Shown: piece after piece, positions 1 to 10,414 of the stretch
Layout: every line of letters starts with the position of its first letter
How positions within the stretch are numbered: the stretch's first letter is position 1
Source of the DNA: Devosia sp.
GTDB taxonomy: Bacteria > Pseudomonadota > Alphaproteobacteria > Rhizobiales > Devosiaceae
DNA: 64,000 bases
Reading direction: 5' to 3'
Assembly: GCA_017794705.1 (NCBI GenBank)
Contig: CP051235.1
Coordinates: 247,010-311,009 of the forward strand
Made by a program: the position numbers and the translations under genes
The notes under the pieces: model-generated
What the model saw: only the letters and a program-made list of their open reading frames with translations
The model's database searches: none
What the model was told of the DNA's origin: nothing

Positions 1-1200
1 GAGGGCCGCGATCATCGGGCGGGTTTCATCGTTGAGGTGGCTCTTGGCCTTTTCCTCGATGTCGAGGGGGCGCGTGGCATAGACGAAACGGGCCAGTTCG
101 ATGAGTTCCAGCACGGTCTTGGCGCGCGGCTGCAGTTCGGGCAGAGCGGCGAGGATGGTGGTTTGATGGGCGGCAAGGCCCGCAACATCTTCCGTCATCT
201 CGCATTCGTCGGCGACTGCGGCCATGCGGGCGAACAAGAGGTCTGGCGTGGACTGGCGGATGTAATGGCCGTTGAGGTTTTCCAGCTTGGCAAAGTCAAA
301 ACGGGCGGCGGCCTTGTTCAGCCCGGCGATGTCGAACCATTCGATGAGTTGCTCGACCGTGAAAATCTCATCATCGCCATGGGCCCAGCCAAGCCGGGCC
401 AGATAGTTGATGACGGCTTCGGGCAGGAACCCCATCTTGCGATAGGCATCGACGCCGAGCGCGCCATGGCGCTTGGAGAGCTTGGCGCCGTCAGGGCCGT
501 GAATGAGCGCGACGTGCGCGGTCTCGGGAATGGCCCAACCCATGGCATTGTAGATGATCATCTGGCGGGCGGTGTTGGTGAAATGATCGTCGCCGCGCAC
601 GATGTGTGTGACGCCCATATCGTGATCGTCGACCACCACGGCATGCATGTAGGTAGGACTGCCGTCCGACCGCAGGATGATGAAATCATCAAGGTTCTCG
701 GCCTTGAAGCTGACTTCGCCCTGGACATGGTCGCGCACGATGATCTCGCCTTCGAGGGGAGCCTTGATGCGAACGACCGGCTTGACTCCTGCCGGTGCCT
801 CCGAGGGATCGCGGTCGCGCCAGCGGCCGTCATATTTCGGCGTACGGCCTTCGGCGCGGGCCTTCTCGCGCATTTCGGCCAGTTCTTCCTGCGAACAGTA
901 GCAGTTGTAGGCCTTGCCCTCGGACAGGAGCTGTCTGGCGACTTCGGTGTGCCGGTCGGCCCGGGCGTACTGCGAAATCGGTTCGCCATCCCAGGTCAGG
1001 CCGAGCCAGCTCAGACCGTCGATGATTGCCGCCGTTGCCGCATCAGTGGACCGTTCGCGGTCGGTGTCTTCGATGCGCAGCAGCATCTTGCCACCTGTGT
1101 GGCGGGCATAGGCCCAGTTGAACAGGGCGGTGCGGGCCCCGCCGATGTGCAGGTAACCGGTGGGTGACGGGGCAAAACGGGTAACGACGGGTGTGGACAC
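1..1200 (-). CDS. gltX: glutamate--tRNA ligase, first 400 codons (C-terminus lies beyond window start)
   Basis: Hand translation of the minus strand from GTG at 1200..1198 gives [34 protein letters not shown] (class I HIGH motif) and later [10 protein letters not shown] (KMSKS-type). The frame is open to position 1. It is missing from the ORF track because it runs off the edge. Track ORF 37..1167(+) is its antisense shadow. Confidence 0.9.
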   Translation of the reverse strand, partial: MSTPVVTRFAPSPTGYLHIGGARTALFNWAYARHTGGKMLLRIEDTDRERSTDAATAAIIDGLSWLGLTWDGEPISQYARADRHTEVARQLLSEGKAYNCYCSQEELAEMREKARAEGRTPKYDGRWRDRDPSEAPAGVKPVVRIKAPLEGEIIVRDHVQGEVSFKAENLDDFIILRSDGSPTYMHAVVVDDHDMGVTHIVRGDDHFTNTARQMIIYNAMGWAIPETAHVALIHGPDGAKLSKRHGALGVDAYRKMGFLPEAVINYLARLGWAHGDDEIFTVEQLIEWFDIAGLNKAAARFDFAKLENLNGHYIRQSTPDLLFARMAAVADECEMTEDVAGLAAHQTTILAALPELQPRAKTVLELIELARFVYATRPLDIEEKAKSHLNDETRPMIAAL

Positions 1201-1291
1201 GGAGCTTCCAGGAATTGGTCAATTGATGCGCGGTGTGTTTATCATAGGCTTGGGCGAGCGCAAGCACGCCGCTTGAGGACGGGGCAGCGGC

Positions 1292-3454
1292 ATGGCGGAC
1301 GAACAAATCCGGCTGGATGAAGCCGCACCCGTTCGTCCGGTGCGAAGGCCAGTCCCGCAACTGGTGCCCCCTGGCCAGGGCAGCAATCCAGCTTCGGCTC
1401 AGCGAGCTGTCGCTTCACTTTCCGCTGCTTTTGAAGGTGCGCTGGACAATCGACGACTGGTGATCGCACTGCCAGCGGCATTGATCGGCGGCATATTGAT
1501 CTATCGCTATCTGCCTGATGAACCGCAGCTGTGGGCGCTGCTGGCCCTTCTGGCGAGTGCGCTGGTGGCATGTTGGTGCATGCGGCACCGGTACCCAGAG
1601 TATCAGTTGAGCCTGCTGGGCGCGGGGGTGGCGTTTGGTGCCTGCCTTTTGCCGGTGCACGGGGCACTGTTCGGGACCGAAATGCTGCGGGGGGCCGCGT
1701 TCGGTACATTCCAGATGCGGGTGGACGCCATCCATTCCGACGACGGATCAGATGCGCGGATCATCGTTTCGGACGTGGAGCGATTGGACGAGGGGTTCAC
1801 GCCGCCTGTGAGGCGGGCGCGGCTATTCATGCCGTCAGAGGCGCGGCCGGAAGTGGGCGAAACCATTGAGGCGCGGGTGCGGTTTTACGCGGTGCCGGCA
1901 CCGGTGATCCCGAATGGATATGACAGCCAGTTTCAATCCTATTTCGACGGGATCGGGGCGTTCGGAAGCGTGATCGGGGACGTGACGCAAATTGCTCCGG
2001 CCGATGCGCATGCCTTTGCAGCGTTGTTCAGTCGCATAAGGTTTGCCATCGGTGCGCGGATAGATGCGGCGCTTTCCGGCGTGCCGGACGCGATCGCGCG
2101 GGCGCTGGTGATCGGCGATCAGGGGCAAATCCCAGATGAAACGCGTGAGCACATGGCGAGCGCGGGACTGGCGCACGTGCTGGCCATCTCCGGCTTGCAC
2201 CTGACGCTGGTAGCGGGCGGCGTGTTTGCCGGACTTCGCATGGGGCTGGCGCTATCGCAATGGGCCAGCCTGAACCTCGACCTGAAACGGATTGCGGCTG
2301 TAGGCGGGATGGCGACGGGGCTTTTCTACCTGTCGATCTCCGGCGGCAGCGTATCGGCGATACGGGCGACGATCATGTTGATGCTGGTGTTTGGCGCGGT
2401 GCTGGCGGGCCGACGGGCGCTGACGATGCGCAATGTGGCGCTGGCGGCGCTCTTCGTGATTTTGACCGACCCTGCATCTATCTTCCGGCCGAGCTTTCAA
2501 CTCTCGTTTGCGGCAGTGGTGGCGCTGGTGGGCATCTATGAAACGTTCAGGCCCAGTGGCTCCACGGACCGGTCGGTTTTTGCGAAGTTCCTGAGGTTTC
2601 TGGGTGGGTTGTCGCTGACCAGCCTGATCGCCGGCGGTGCGACGGCGCTTTTTGCCGCCTATCACTTCCAGCAGATGGCGCCGCTTGGGGTTTTGGGGAA
2701 CTTGCTGGCCGTACCGGTTCTGGCGTTCGTGGTTCTGCCCTCGGCTTTCCTGGGAGTGCTTGTCATTCCGCTGGGGATCGATGCGCTGTTTTTCAATGTG
2801 ACGGGTTGGGGGATCGAGCGGATCTTGTGGATTGCCGAATGGGTTTCGGGGCTCAGCGTGGGTTGGACGTCGTCGCCACCGTTGACACCTGTGGTGCTGC
2901 TGATCGGTGGCTTGGCGCTTTGCTGGCTGGCCTTTTTCGAGGGGCGCTGGCGGTTTGCCGGGATTTTGGCCGCGGTGCCGCTGGTGGCGCTGTTCGGGCC
3001 AGCGGCGCGGCCCGATCTGCTGGTGGCCGACACCACGCAGGCCATCGCACTCAGGATGGATGGTGAAATGCGGCTGGTTGCGGGGCGGGACGGCACGTTT
3101 GCAGTCAATGCCTGGCAGGAGGCGATACAGGAGCCGATTGAGCCGGTGAGCACGGAGGCGCGGAGCCAATCCTGCGGTGGGGCGGGGTGCTATTTTTTGG
3201 CCGAGGGCGGGCAGGCGGTGAGCTTCGTCACGGATCGATCGGCATTTGCCGAAGACTGCCGTGCAGCTGACCTGGTTTTGACGCGGCTGACGGCGCCTCG
3301 CTCCTGTGCCGACCATGCGACCGTCATTGACCGGATGTCGCTGCTGCAGCGGGGCGTCCACTGGGTGCGCTGGCAGGGCGGGACCCTTGAGGTGCGGCCA
3401 TCAATTGCCGACCCGACCCGGCCGTGGCGGATTCAGCCACCCGAAAGGGACTAG
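1292..3454 (+). CDS. comEC: ComEC/Rec2 family DNA internalisation channel protein
   Basis: 720 aa polytopic membrane protein. It has the ComEC-type core ALVIGDQGQIPDETREHMASAGLAHVLAISGLHLTLVAG. Position next to gltX is typical of Rhizobiales. Confidence 0.85.
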   Translation: MADEQIRLDEAAPVRPVRRPVPQLVPPGQGSNPASAQRAVASLSAAFEGALDNRRLVIALPAALIGGILIYRYLPDEPQLWALLALLASALVACWCMRHRYPEYQLSLLGAGVAFGACLLPVHGALFGTEMLRGAAFGTFQMRVDAIHSDDGSDARIIVSDVERLDEGFTPPVRRARLFMPSEARPEVGETIEARVRFYAVPAPVIPNGYDSQFQSYFDGIGAFGSVIGDVTQIAPADAHAFAALFSRIRFAIGARIDAALSGVPDAIARALVIGDQGQIPDETREHMASAGLAHVLAISGLHLTLVAGGVFAGLRMGLALSQWASLNLDLKRIAAVGGMATGLFYLSISGGSVSAIRATIMLMLVFGAVLAGRRALTMRNVALAALFVILTDPASIFRPSFQLSFAAVVALVGIYETFRPSGSTDRSVFAKFLRFLGGLSLTSLIAGGATALFAAYHFQQMAPLGVLGNLLAVPVLAFVVLPSAFLGVLVIPLGIDALFFNVTGWGIERILWIAEWVSGLSVGWTSSPPLTPVVLLIGGLALCWLAFFEGRWRFAGILAAVPLVALFGPAARPDLLVADTTQAIALRMDGEMRLVAGRDGTFAVNAWQEAIQEPIEPVSTEARSQSCGGAGCYFLAEGGQAVSFVTDRSAFAEDCRAADLVLTRLTAPRSCADHATVIDRMSLLQRGVHWVRWQGGTLEVRPSIADPTRPWRIQPPERD

Positions 3455-4332
3455 AGGCGCAGCACGGTTTCGGCGACGCCGGGGACATCCACTTCGATGC
3501 TGAAAATGCCGCCGGCGTCGGGGTGGCTGGCGCGTTGGTCGTCGGAAAGGCCTTGTGCAGCGGTGGTGATATAGAGCGTCTTCAGATCTTCACCGCCGAA
3601 CGCCGGGCAAGTGGCATTGGGCGAGGGCACTTCGATGACGCGGTCTACCTTGCCGTCTGGGGCGTAGCGGACGACACGACCGCCGCCATATTCGGCATTC
3701 CAGACGAATCCCTCGGAATCGGTCACAGCGCCGTCGGGGGCGCCGGGCTGGCCGGTGAGATCGACGAAGACCTCCCAATCACTTGCGGGCATGCCGGTTT
3801 CAGGATCGAGCGCGACCTTGCGAATCTGGCGTGTGGGTGTGTCCGAGAAATAGGCGGTTTTGCCGTCGGGTGCGAAGCAGGTGGCGTTGGAAACCGTGAT
3901 GCCGGAAAGGAGTTGGGTGAATTGCCCGCCCGCAAACCGGTAAAGGGCGCCTGCGCCCTGGCCCTCGTCGGTGCCCATCGTGCCGATCCACCAGCTGCCG
4001 TCTGGTGCGACGCGGGCGTCGTTGGAGCGGTTGCCGGGCTTGTCAGTTTCGAGGTCGAACAGCTTCTGCCGGGCGCCGCTTGGGACATCGAGCCGGTAGA
4101 GGCCGGAGGCACCGGCGATCACCAGCGTGTCGTAGTCGATGAGGGCTGCGGCGGAAACCGGTTCGTCGAACGCGATGCGATCGAGAACCTTGGCGGTGGC
4201 ATCGGCACGGAACAGGCGGCCCTGCATGATGTCGAACCAGAACAGCTCGCGGCGCAAGGGGTGCCAGAAGGGCCCCTCGGCGAGGTTGCAGCGGCAATCA
4301 ATGAAGATTTCGGCGCGTTCGGTCACACTCAT
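3451..4332 (-). CDS. SMP-30/gluconolactonase/LRE family lactonase
   Basis: Translation MSVTERAEIFIDCRCNLAEGPFWHP..ELFWFDI matches the regucalcin/gluconolactonase beta-propeller signature. The start was moved to the ATG at 4332, which overlaps the upstream gene's stop (ATGA). Its stop shares the CTAG tetranucleotide with the comEC stop. Confidence 0.8.
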   Translation of the reverse strand: MSVTERAEIFIDCRCNLAEGPFWHPLRRELFWFDIMQGRLFRADATAKVLDRIAFDEPVSAAALIDYDTLVIAGASGLYRLDVPSGARQKLFDLETDKPGNRSNDARVAPDGSWWIGTMGTDEGQGAGALYRFAGGQFTQLLSGITVSNATCFAPDGKTAYFSDTPTRQIRKVALDPETGMPASDWEVFVDLTGQPGAPDGAVTDSEGFVWNAEYGGGRVVRYAPDGKVDRVIEVPSPNATCPAFGGEDLKTLYITTAAQGLSDDQRASHPDAGGIFSIEVDVPGVAETVLRL

Positions 4333-4940
4333 TGTCCCTTGTCGTAAGCGGCAACAGCCGCAGTCGCGCGGTTGGCGATGTCCGAGGCGGACATGCCCGG
4401 CTTGTAAATGTAGCTGCCCAGACCGAACCCGGCGCAACCCGCGGCGAAATAGGCGCTGAAATTATCGGGTCCCGCGCCACCGACGGCATAGACCGGTATG
4501 TCGGGAGGCAGCACGGCCTTCATGGCCTTGATGCCGATTGTGCCCAGCACTTCGGCGGGAAACATCTTGAGGCCGGTGGCGCCTGCTTTTATGGCGGCAA
4601 AGGCCTCGGTGGGTGAGAAAACGCCAGGGTATGAGCCCAGTCCTTCGGCGACAGTGTGGGCGATGACGGCGGGGTCGCAGTTGGGCGAAACGATGAAACT
4701 GCCACCGGCGGCTTTGACCGCGTCGACATTCGCGATGGTGAGGACGGTGCCGGCACCGATCTTGGCGCGGCCGGCAAAGGCGTCGGCGGCTTTTTTGACC
4801 GAGGTTAGGGCGTCAGGGGAATTGAGCGGGATTTCGATCATGGTGATGCCAGCGCCGGCCAGCGCTTCACAAGCGTCGACGATTTCGGTGGGCGTGATGC
4901 CGCGCAGGATGGCGATGATGTTTCGGTGTTCAATGGGCAC
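4329..4940 (-). CDS. dgoA: 2-dehydro-3-deoxy-6-phosphogalactonate (KDPGal) aldolase-like, Eda/DgoA family
   Basis: 203 aa from GTG at 4940, with RBS AAGGGAGA 6 nt upstream. Motifs: IIAILRGITP..IEIPLNSP..GAGTVL..FPA. The size and sequence fit DgoA. The longer track ORF adds a Pro/Arg-rich N-terminal extension that overlaps the kinase. Confidence 0.8.
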   Translation of the reverse strand: MPIEHRNIIAILRGITPTEIVDACEALAGAGITMIEIPLNSPDALTSVKKAADAFAGRAKIGAGTVLTIANVDAVKAAGGSFIVSPNCDPAVIAHTVAEGLGSYPGVFSPTEAFAAIKAGATGLKMFPAEVLGTIGIKAMKAVLPPDIPVYAVGGAGPDNFSAYFAAGCAGFGLGSYIYKPGMSASDIANRATAAVAAYDKGQ

Positions 4941-5856
4941 GAAAGTTCTCCCTTGCGGCGGTGAGGCCCGCAATCGTGGCGGCTTCGACATCGTAGGCCT
5001 GACTGGAGGCGCCGAGTTTCTTGAGGGCGGCGCCGTAGAGGCGTTCAAGACGGACCGAGCCGAGGAGCGCTACCTGGCCGGTCCCGATCCAATCGCGATG
5101 GGCGGCGACTTCGCTGCCGACAAGCAGGCCGGAGAGGTAGCCGCTGCACCAGTCGGGGCCTTTAGCCGAGAGAAGACTGGCGGCGCGGCTGCGAAAAAGC
5201 ATGGCGCTGAGGCTCTCGGGATGGGCAATGCCGGCATCAAGACCGGCGGCGATGCCCGATTCGAGTTCCGGGCCCTCGGTGTCTCCCTTGAGGGAATGAC
5301 GCAAAACCGAATGCTCGGAGAGGATGGCAAAGAGTTCGCCGGTCATGGCGGTGGCAAATCTTTTGACTTCGCCGCTGTTGATGTCGACCCATTTGCAGTG
5401 GGTGCCGGGCATGCAGACGACACCCTCAAAGCCGGGTTCGAGCGCGAGCAGGCCGAGGAGCTGGATCTCTTCACCGCGCATGACATCCTCGGCGCCGCCT
5501 GTCTGGCAGAGGCCGGGAAGGATAAGGACCGAAGTGCGCCCGGGCGCGCCGGGTGGCGTGACGGCGTTCTGGCCGAGATCGCGGAGCGGGCAGGGTACGT
5601 GGACGTAAGGCGCTTCGGCCCAGCCTTGTCGGGCGCCAGCCATTCCGCTGATCCAGACTTCGATTTCCTGCTGATCTGACACGCCAAGTTTGCTCAGCAA
5701 GTCTCTCAAAACATTTGGATATTCGGATTGCATGAGCGTGCCCATACCGGCGTGGGAGGCGGCGGTTGCGATGACCCTACCGTCAGTTTCGATCAACCAG
5801 CTGCGGACGTTGGATGTGCCCCAGTCTACGCCGACCCAACGCTGTTGATTGACCAC
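4930..5856 (-). CDS. dgoK: 2-dehydro-3-deoxygalactonokinase-like (DgoK family)
   Basis: N-terminus VVNQQRWVGVDWGTSNVRSWL matches the DgoK signature (DWG[ST][ST]N.R.W). GTG at 5856 is preceded by GGGGGAG. The gene is directly upstream of dgoA and overlaps it. Confidence 0.75.
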   Translation of the reverse strand: MVNQQRWVGVDWGTSNVRSWLIETDGRVIATAASHAGMGTLMQSEYPNVLRDLLSKLGVSDQQEIEVWISGMAGARQGWAEAPYVHVPCPLRDLGQNAVTPPGAPGRTSVLILPGLCQTGGAEDVMRGEEIQLLGLLALEPGFEGVVCMPGTHCKWVDINSGEVKRFATAMTGELFAILSEHSVLRHSLKGDTEGPELESGIAAGLDAGIAHPESLSAMLFRSRAASLLSAKGPDWCSGYLSGLLVGSEVAAHRDWIGTGQVALLGSVRLERLYGAALKKLGASSQAYDVEAATIAGLTAARENFRAH

Positions 5857-6026
5857 CTGCTCCCCCGTGGCGCCGCATGAGATTGAACTGGCGCGGCGAC
5901 AAGCTACCCGGTTATGATGTGATTTCAAGCCCGAACGGCTCAGATCACCATTGCCTTTTCGCAGGCGATTTGAGAACAAGCAACTAACATGTCAGTCAGG
6001 CGGATCCGATCCGCACAGGGGAGGAA

Positions 6027-7835
6027 ATGGTGAGCAACGACAATATGAAAAACCCGGGCAAGCTGCGCTCGCGGGCATGGTTCGATAACCCCGAAAACCC
6101 TGACATGACGGCGCTTTACCTGGAGCGCTATCTCAATTTCGGCATTTCGCGAGAAGAACTGCAGTCGGGTAAGCCGATTATCGGCATTGCGCAGACCGGC
6201 TCAGACCTGTCGCCGTGCAACCGGCACCATATCGAACTGGCCAAACGGGTGCGCGAGGGTATCCGCGAAGCGGGCGGCATCGCCATGGAGTTCCCGGTGC
6301 ATCCCATTCAGGAGACCGGCAAGCGCCCGACGGCGGGGCTGGATCGAAACCTGGCCTATCTCGGGCTGGTGGAACTGCTCTACGGTTACCCGCTCGATGG
6401 CGTTGTGTTGACGGTTGGGTGCGACAAGACCACGCCGGCGATGCTGATGGGCGCGGCGACGGTGGATATTCCGGCCATTGCGCTGTCTGTGGGGCCGATG
6501 CTCAACGGCTGGCACAATGGTGAGCGGACCGGTTCGGGCACGATTGTGTGGAAGGCCCGCCAGATGATGGCGGCTGGCGAGATCGACTACACGCAGTTCA
6601 TTGAACTTGTGGCCTCTTCGGCACCGTCGACCGGGTTCTGCAACACGATGGGGACCGCCTCGACAATGAACTCGCTGGCCGAAGCTTTGGGCATGCAATT
6701 GCCGGGCTCGGCAGCGATTCCCGCGCCTTATCGCGACCGACAGGAAATGGCCTATCTGACGGGCAAGCGCGCGGTTGAAATGGTGCACGAGGATCTGAAG
6801 CCCTCGGACATTCTGACCAAGGACAATTTCATCAATGCGATCGTGGTGAATTCTGCGATTGGCGGCTCGACCAATGCGCCGATTCACATCAACGCGATTG
6901 CCAAGCACATCGGCGTGGAACTGGATATCGACGAGTGGCAGAGCCACGGACACGACATTCCGCTGCTGGTGAACCTGCAGCCGGCAGGCGAATACCTTGG
7001 CGAGGACTTCTACCGGGCGGGCGGCGTACCGGCGGTTGTCGGCGAACTGATGAAGCATGATCTGATCCGCGAAAATGCACCTACGGCAAATGGCAAGACA
7101 ATTGGCGAGAACTGCCGCGACGCCAAGATTGGCAATGAGGACGTGATCCGCAGGTTCGAGAACCCGCTGGTCGAACATGCCGGGTTCCTGGTGCTGCGCG
7201 GTAACCTGTTCGACAATGCGATCATGAAAACCAGCGTGATTTCCAAGGAATTCCGCGACCGCTACCTGTCCAATCCGGATGATCCGGAAGCGTTTGAAGG
7301 CAAGGCAGTCGTATTTGACGGGCCCGAGGACTATCACCACCGGATTGATGATCCGTCGCTTGAGATCGACGAGCATACGCTGCTGTTCATGCGCGGCGCC
7401 GGGCCGATCGGTTATCCGGGGGCGGCGGAAGTGGTGAACATGCGGCCGCCCAACTACCTGATCAAGAAGGGTGTGTCGGCGCTTGCATGTATTGGCGACG
7501 GACGGCAGTCCGGAACCTCTGGATCACCCTCGATCCTCAACGCTTCGCCAGAAGCGGCTGCCGGCGGCGGCCTGGCCATTCTCGTGACCGGAGACAGGGT
7601 GCGCATCGACCTGAAGAAGGGCGAGGCGAATATCCTGATTTCAGATGAGGAGATTGCGGCCCGTCGGTCAACGTTGAAGAATGGCGGTGGCTACAAATAT
7701 CCCGATCACCAGACTCCCTGGCAGGAAATGCAGCGGGCTGTTGTGGGACAGTTGGGTGATGGCGCGGTGTTGGAGCCTGCCATCAAGTATCAGCGCATTG
7801 CCAACTCGAAGGGTGTGCCGCGCGATAACCACTGA
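6027..7835 (+). CDS. IlvD/Edd family sugar-acid dehydratase (arabinonate/xylonate/galactonate dehydratase-like)
   Basis: 602 aa with [37 protein letters not shown]. This is an IlvD/Edd fold with the N-terminus seen in pentonate/hexonate dehydratases rather than IlvD proper. RBS GGGGAGGA lies before the ATG at 6027. Confidence 0.8.
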   Translation: MVSNDNMKNPGKLRSRAWFDNPENPDMTALYLERYLNFGISREELQSGKPIIGIAQTGSDLSPCNRHHIELAKRVREGIREAGGIAMEFPVHPIQETGKRPTAGLDRNLAYLGLVELLYGYPLDGVVLTVGCDKTTPAMLMGAATVDIPAIALSVGPMLNGWHNGERTGSGTIVWKARQMMAAGEIDYTQFIELVASSAPSTGFCNTMGTASTMNSLAEALGMQLPGSAAIPAPYRDRQEMAYLTGKRAVEMVHEDLKPSDILTKDNFINAIVVNSAIGGSTNAPIHINAIAKHIGVELDIDEWQSHGHDIPLLVNLQPAGEYLGEDFYRAGGVPAVVGELMKHDLIRENAPTANGKTIGENCRDAKIGNEDVIRRFENPLVEHAGFLVLRGNLFDNAIMKTSVISKEFRDRYLSNPDDPEAFEGKAVVFDGPEDYHHRIDDPSLEIDEHTLLFMRGAGPIGYPGAAEVVNMRPPNYLIKKGVSALACIGDGRQSGTSGSPSILNASPEAAAGGGLAILVTGDRVRIDLKKGEANILISDEEIAARRSTLKNGGGYKYPDHQTPWQEMQRAVVGQLGDGAVLEPAIKYQRIANSKGVPRDNH

Positions 7836-7861
7836 TCAGGCGCGTTTTCAAGCAAACAAAA

Positions 7862-7893
7862 AAACGCCCACCGCAACGGTGGGCGTTTTTTCT
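7862..7893. terminator. bidirectional rho-independent terminator
   Basis: Sequence AAAAAAA-ACGCCCACC-GCAA-GGTGGGCGT-TTTTTT lies between the convergent dehydratase and lexA genes. It has a perfect 9-bp GC-rich stem flanked by A and T runs. Confidence 0.8.
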
Positions 7894-7907
7894 TGATGGA
7901 TGGTGCA

Positions 7908-8615
7908 TCAGTATTTGCGCAACAGCCCGACAAGGCGGCCCTGCACAGCGACACGCTCGGGGCCGAAGATTCGGGTTTCGTAGGCCGGATTGGCTGCCTC
8001 GAGGGCGATTGAATTGCCTTTGCGGCGCAGACGCTTGAGCGTGGCTTCTTCATCATCGACGAGCGCGACAACGATCTCACCGTTGTTGGCCTGGTTCTGC
8101 TTGTGGATGAGCACCGTATCGCCATCGAAAATGCCGGCGTCGATCATCGAGTCGCCGCGAACTTCGAGCGCGTAGTGTTCTCCTGGGCCCAACATTTCGG
8201 GGGGCAGGGACAAAGTATGCGAATGAGTCTGGATCGCCTCGATCGGTGTACCGGCTGCGATGCGGCCCATCACGGGAATGGATACAGTCTGGTTGGCGGC
8301 GTCGGCATGGGTGGGCATGGGGGTGGCCACCTTGCCCAGATTGCCGTCAATGACGCTCGGCTCGAACCGCGACTTGCGGCCGCCCAGCGACGGGTTCATC
8401 GAGTCGGGCAGCTTGACCACTTCAAGTGCCCGCGCCCGATTGGGCAAGCGGCGGATGAAACCACGCTCTTCCAAAGCCGTGATCAGGCGGTGAATGCCGG
8501 ACTTCGACTTGAGGTCCAAGGCTTCCTTCATCTCGTCGAACGAGGGCGGGATGCCGCTTTCTTTCATGCGCTCATGAATGAACATCAGCAGTTCATGTTG
8601 TTTGCGGGTCAGCAT
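7908..8615 (-). CDS. lexA: LexA repressor
   Basis: [57 protein letters not shown] is the winged-helix domain. The C-terminal S24 peptidase part contains VRGDSM. The start was set at M25 of the track ORF, giving 235 aa. Confidence 0.9.
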   Translation of the reverse strand: MLTRKQHELLMFIHERMKESGIPPSFDEMKEALDLKSKSGIHRLITALEERGFIRRLPNRARALEVVKLPDSMNPSLGGRKSRFEPSVIDGNLGKVATPMPTHADAANQTVSIPVMGRIAAGTPIEAIQTHSHTLSLPPEMLGPGEHYALEVRGDSMIDAGIFDGDTVLIHKQNQANNGEIVVALVDDEEATLKRLRRKGNSIALEAANPAYETRIFGPERVAVQGRLVGLLRKY

Positions 8616-8643
8616 TCGCGCGCTCCTTCGCATCGCAGAATCA

Positions 8644-8658
8644 GAACAAATCCCGAAC
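8644..8658. promoter_or_regulatory. alphaproteobacterial SOS (LexA) box, GAAC-N7-GAAC
   Basis: GAACAAATCCCGAAC lies about 30 nt upstream of the lexA start. It matches the direct-repeat GTTC-N7-GTTC/GAAC-N7-GAAC operator described for Rhodobacter and Rhizobium LexA. Confidence 0.7.
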
Positions 8659-8667
8659 AACATACAT

Positions 8668-8682
8668 GTTCCACCTATGTTC
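8668..8682. promoter_or_regulatory. second alphaproteobacterial SOS box, GTTC-N7-GTTC
   Basis: GTTCCACCTATGTTC lies 9 nt from the first box, in the opposite orientation. Confidence 0.7.
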
Positions 8683-8731
8683 CGCAAGTCGTTTGGACTT
8701 TTGCCAATTTCTGGCGGCTGCGAATTGGAGA

Positions 8732-9928
8732 TCAGGGCAGGAGAAAGGTATCGACTATTTCGCCAGTATTGAGTGCGGTGCTGTTTTCGTGCTGCACCAG
8801 AATGACGTCCGAATTTGCGAGGGTGGACAGGTGGGAGCTGTCGGTTTGCGCATGGGGTCGGACGTGGGTTTGACCGTTCAGATCGACAAGCTTGCCGCGG
8901 ATGAAGTGGCGGCGGGGGCCGTTGGCACCAAGCGGTGAGGCGAGCGGTAGATGCATTGGCGCGGTCACGGGGTTGGTGTAGCCAGCAGCCCTGCGCAGGG
9001 CAGGTAGCACCAAAAGGAATGCCGTTGCGTAGGCCGAGACGGGGTTTCCGGGCAAGGCAAGGATCAATTTGTTTCCGGATTTCCCGAACATCAGCGGTTT
9101 ACCGGGGCGCATGGCAATTTTCCAGAAGCCCACCTCGACGCCAAGGGATTTCAGGACTGGCTGAACGAGGTCATGATCGCCGACGCTGGCACCGCCGCTG
9201 GTTATGATGAAATCTGTGTCGGATTGCAGTGCGTTTTCAAAGGCCTGGCGGAGGGTGGCTTCGTCGTCGGGGATGATGCCGAAGTCTGTGATGTGTTCGG
9301 CGTATGGGGCAAAAAGGGCGTTCAGAGCAAGGCTGTTGGAGCTAACTATCTGGCCGGGCTTGAGTTTTGAGCCGGGCGGGACGAGCTCGTCGCCCGTGGA
9401 CAGGAGGGCGATGCGGGGCTTTTTGAAGACCTCGACCTGGGCCACGTTGGCGGCGGCGGCAAGGGCGATACGGGCCGGATTCATTGGGATTCCGGGCGCG
9501 AGCAGGGTCTCGCCGGAAGCGAAATCGAGGCCTTGCGGGCGGATGTTCTGGCCCGGTTCTGCAGGCTCGGAAAAGGTCACCTGATCGCCGTTTCGGGCGG
9601 CATTTTCCTGAATTATGACGGCGTTTGCGTGCTTTGGGACGGGGGCCCCGGTAAAAATCCGCGCAGTTTGGCGGGAGCCCAGACTGAGGTCACCTGACGA
9701 ACCGGCCTGGCTTTCACCGATGACGGGATAGGGTGTGCCCACCTCAATGTCTTCAGCGCGGACGGCATAGCCGTCCATGGCGCTGGCAGCGAAGGGCGGC
9801 TGATCGTGCCGGGCAGTGACAGGTGTGGCCAGAACGTAACCAGCGGCCTGGTCAAGCGGGACGCTGAATACGGTTGGTGCCGGCACCGCATCCAGAATTC
9901 GCGTCCGTGCTTCGTCAAACGACAGCAT
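8732..9928 (-). CDS. moeA: molybdopterin molybdotransferase MoeA
   Basis: 398 aa starting [15 protein letters not shown], with a typical MoeA/gephyrin E-domain layout. The gene immediately follows moaC. Confidence 0.85.
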   Translation of the reverse strand: MLSFDEARTRILDAVPAPTVFSVPLDQAAGYVLATPVTARHDQPPFAASAMDGYAVRAEDIEVGTPYPVIGESQAGSSGDLSLGSRQTARIFTGAPVPKHANAVIIQENAARNGDQVTFSEPAEPGQNIRPQGLDFASGETLLAPGIPMNPARIALAAAANVAQVEVFKKPRIALLSTGDELVPPGSKLKPGQIVSSNSLALNALFAPYAEHITDFGIIPDDEATLRQAFENALQSDTDFIITSGGASVGDHDLVQPVLKSLGVEVGFWKIAMRPGKPLMFGKSGNKLILALPGNPVSAYATAFLLVLPALRRAAGYTNPVTAPMHLPLASPLGANGPRRHFIRGKLVDLNGQTHVRPHAQTDSSHLSTLANSDVILVQHENSTALNTGEIVDTFLLP

Positions 9929-9930
9929 GG

Positions 9931-10413
9931 TCAGTCCTCGCGCCGGTATTCGCCGGATTTGCCACCCGTCTTTTCCATCAGCCGTACATTGGAAATGGTC
10001 ATGGCGCGGTCGAGGGCCTTGGCCATGTCGTAAAGGGTGAGGGCCGCGACAGAAGCCGCTGTCAGCGCCTCCATCTCGACGCCTGTCTGGCCGGTTGTCT
10101 CTGCGCTCGCCGAAATTGCGATGGTTCCGGAATCGGCCTGCCTGATGTCGACTTCAACGTGAGTGAGCGCGAGCGGGTGACACAGCGGAATGAGTTCAGA
10201 GGTCTTTTTGGCCGCCATGATGCCGGCCACGCGGGCGACGGCCAAGGCGTCGCCCTTTTTCAGACTGCCGCCCATGATGGCGGTGACAGTCTCAGGAGTG
10301 GCGGACAGCTCAGCACCGGCGACGGCCCGGCGGCGGGTGGCCTGCTTGTCGGCAATATCGACAATGTGGGCCTCGCCGCGCTCGTTGAGATGGGTGAGGG
10401 ACTTGTCGGCCAT
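9931..10413 (-). CDS. moaC: cyclic pyranopterin monophosphate synthase MoaC
   Basis: [37 protein letters not shown] is the MoaC signature. The ATG at 10413 lies 1 nt from the trpC stop. Confidence 0.9.
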   Translation of the reverse strand: MADKSLTHLNERGEAHIVDIADKQATRRRAVAGAELSATPETVTAIMGGSLKKGDALAVARVAGIMAAKKTSELIPLCHPLALTHVEVDIRQADSGTIAISASAETTGQTGVEMEALTAASVAALTLYDMAKALDRAMTISNVRLMEKTGGKSGEYRRED

Positions 10414-10414
10414 G

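Noticed and set aside
37-1167. 376-aa plus-strand ORF, the longest ORF in the track at the left edge
   Set aside because: It is the antisense shadow of gltX. The minus strand translates into an unmistakable GluRS with HIGH and KMSKS motifs. The plus-strand product is a low-complexity Gly/Ala/Val/Asp-rich sequence with no recognisable motif.
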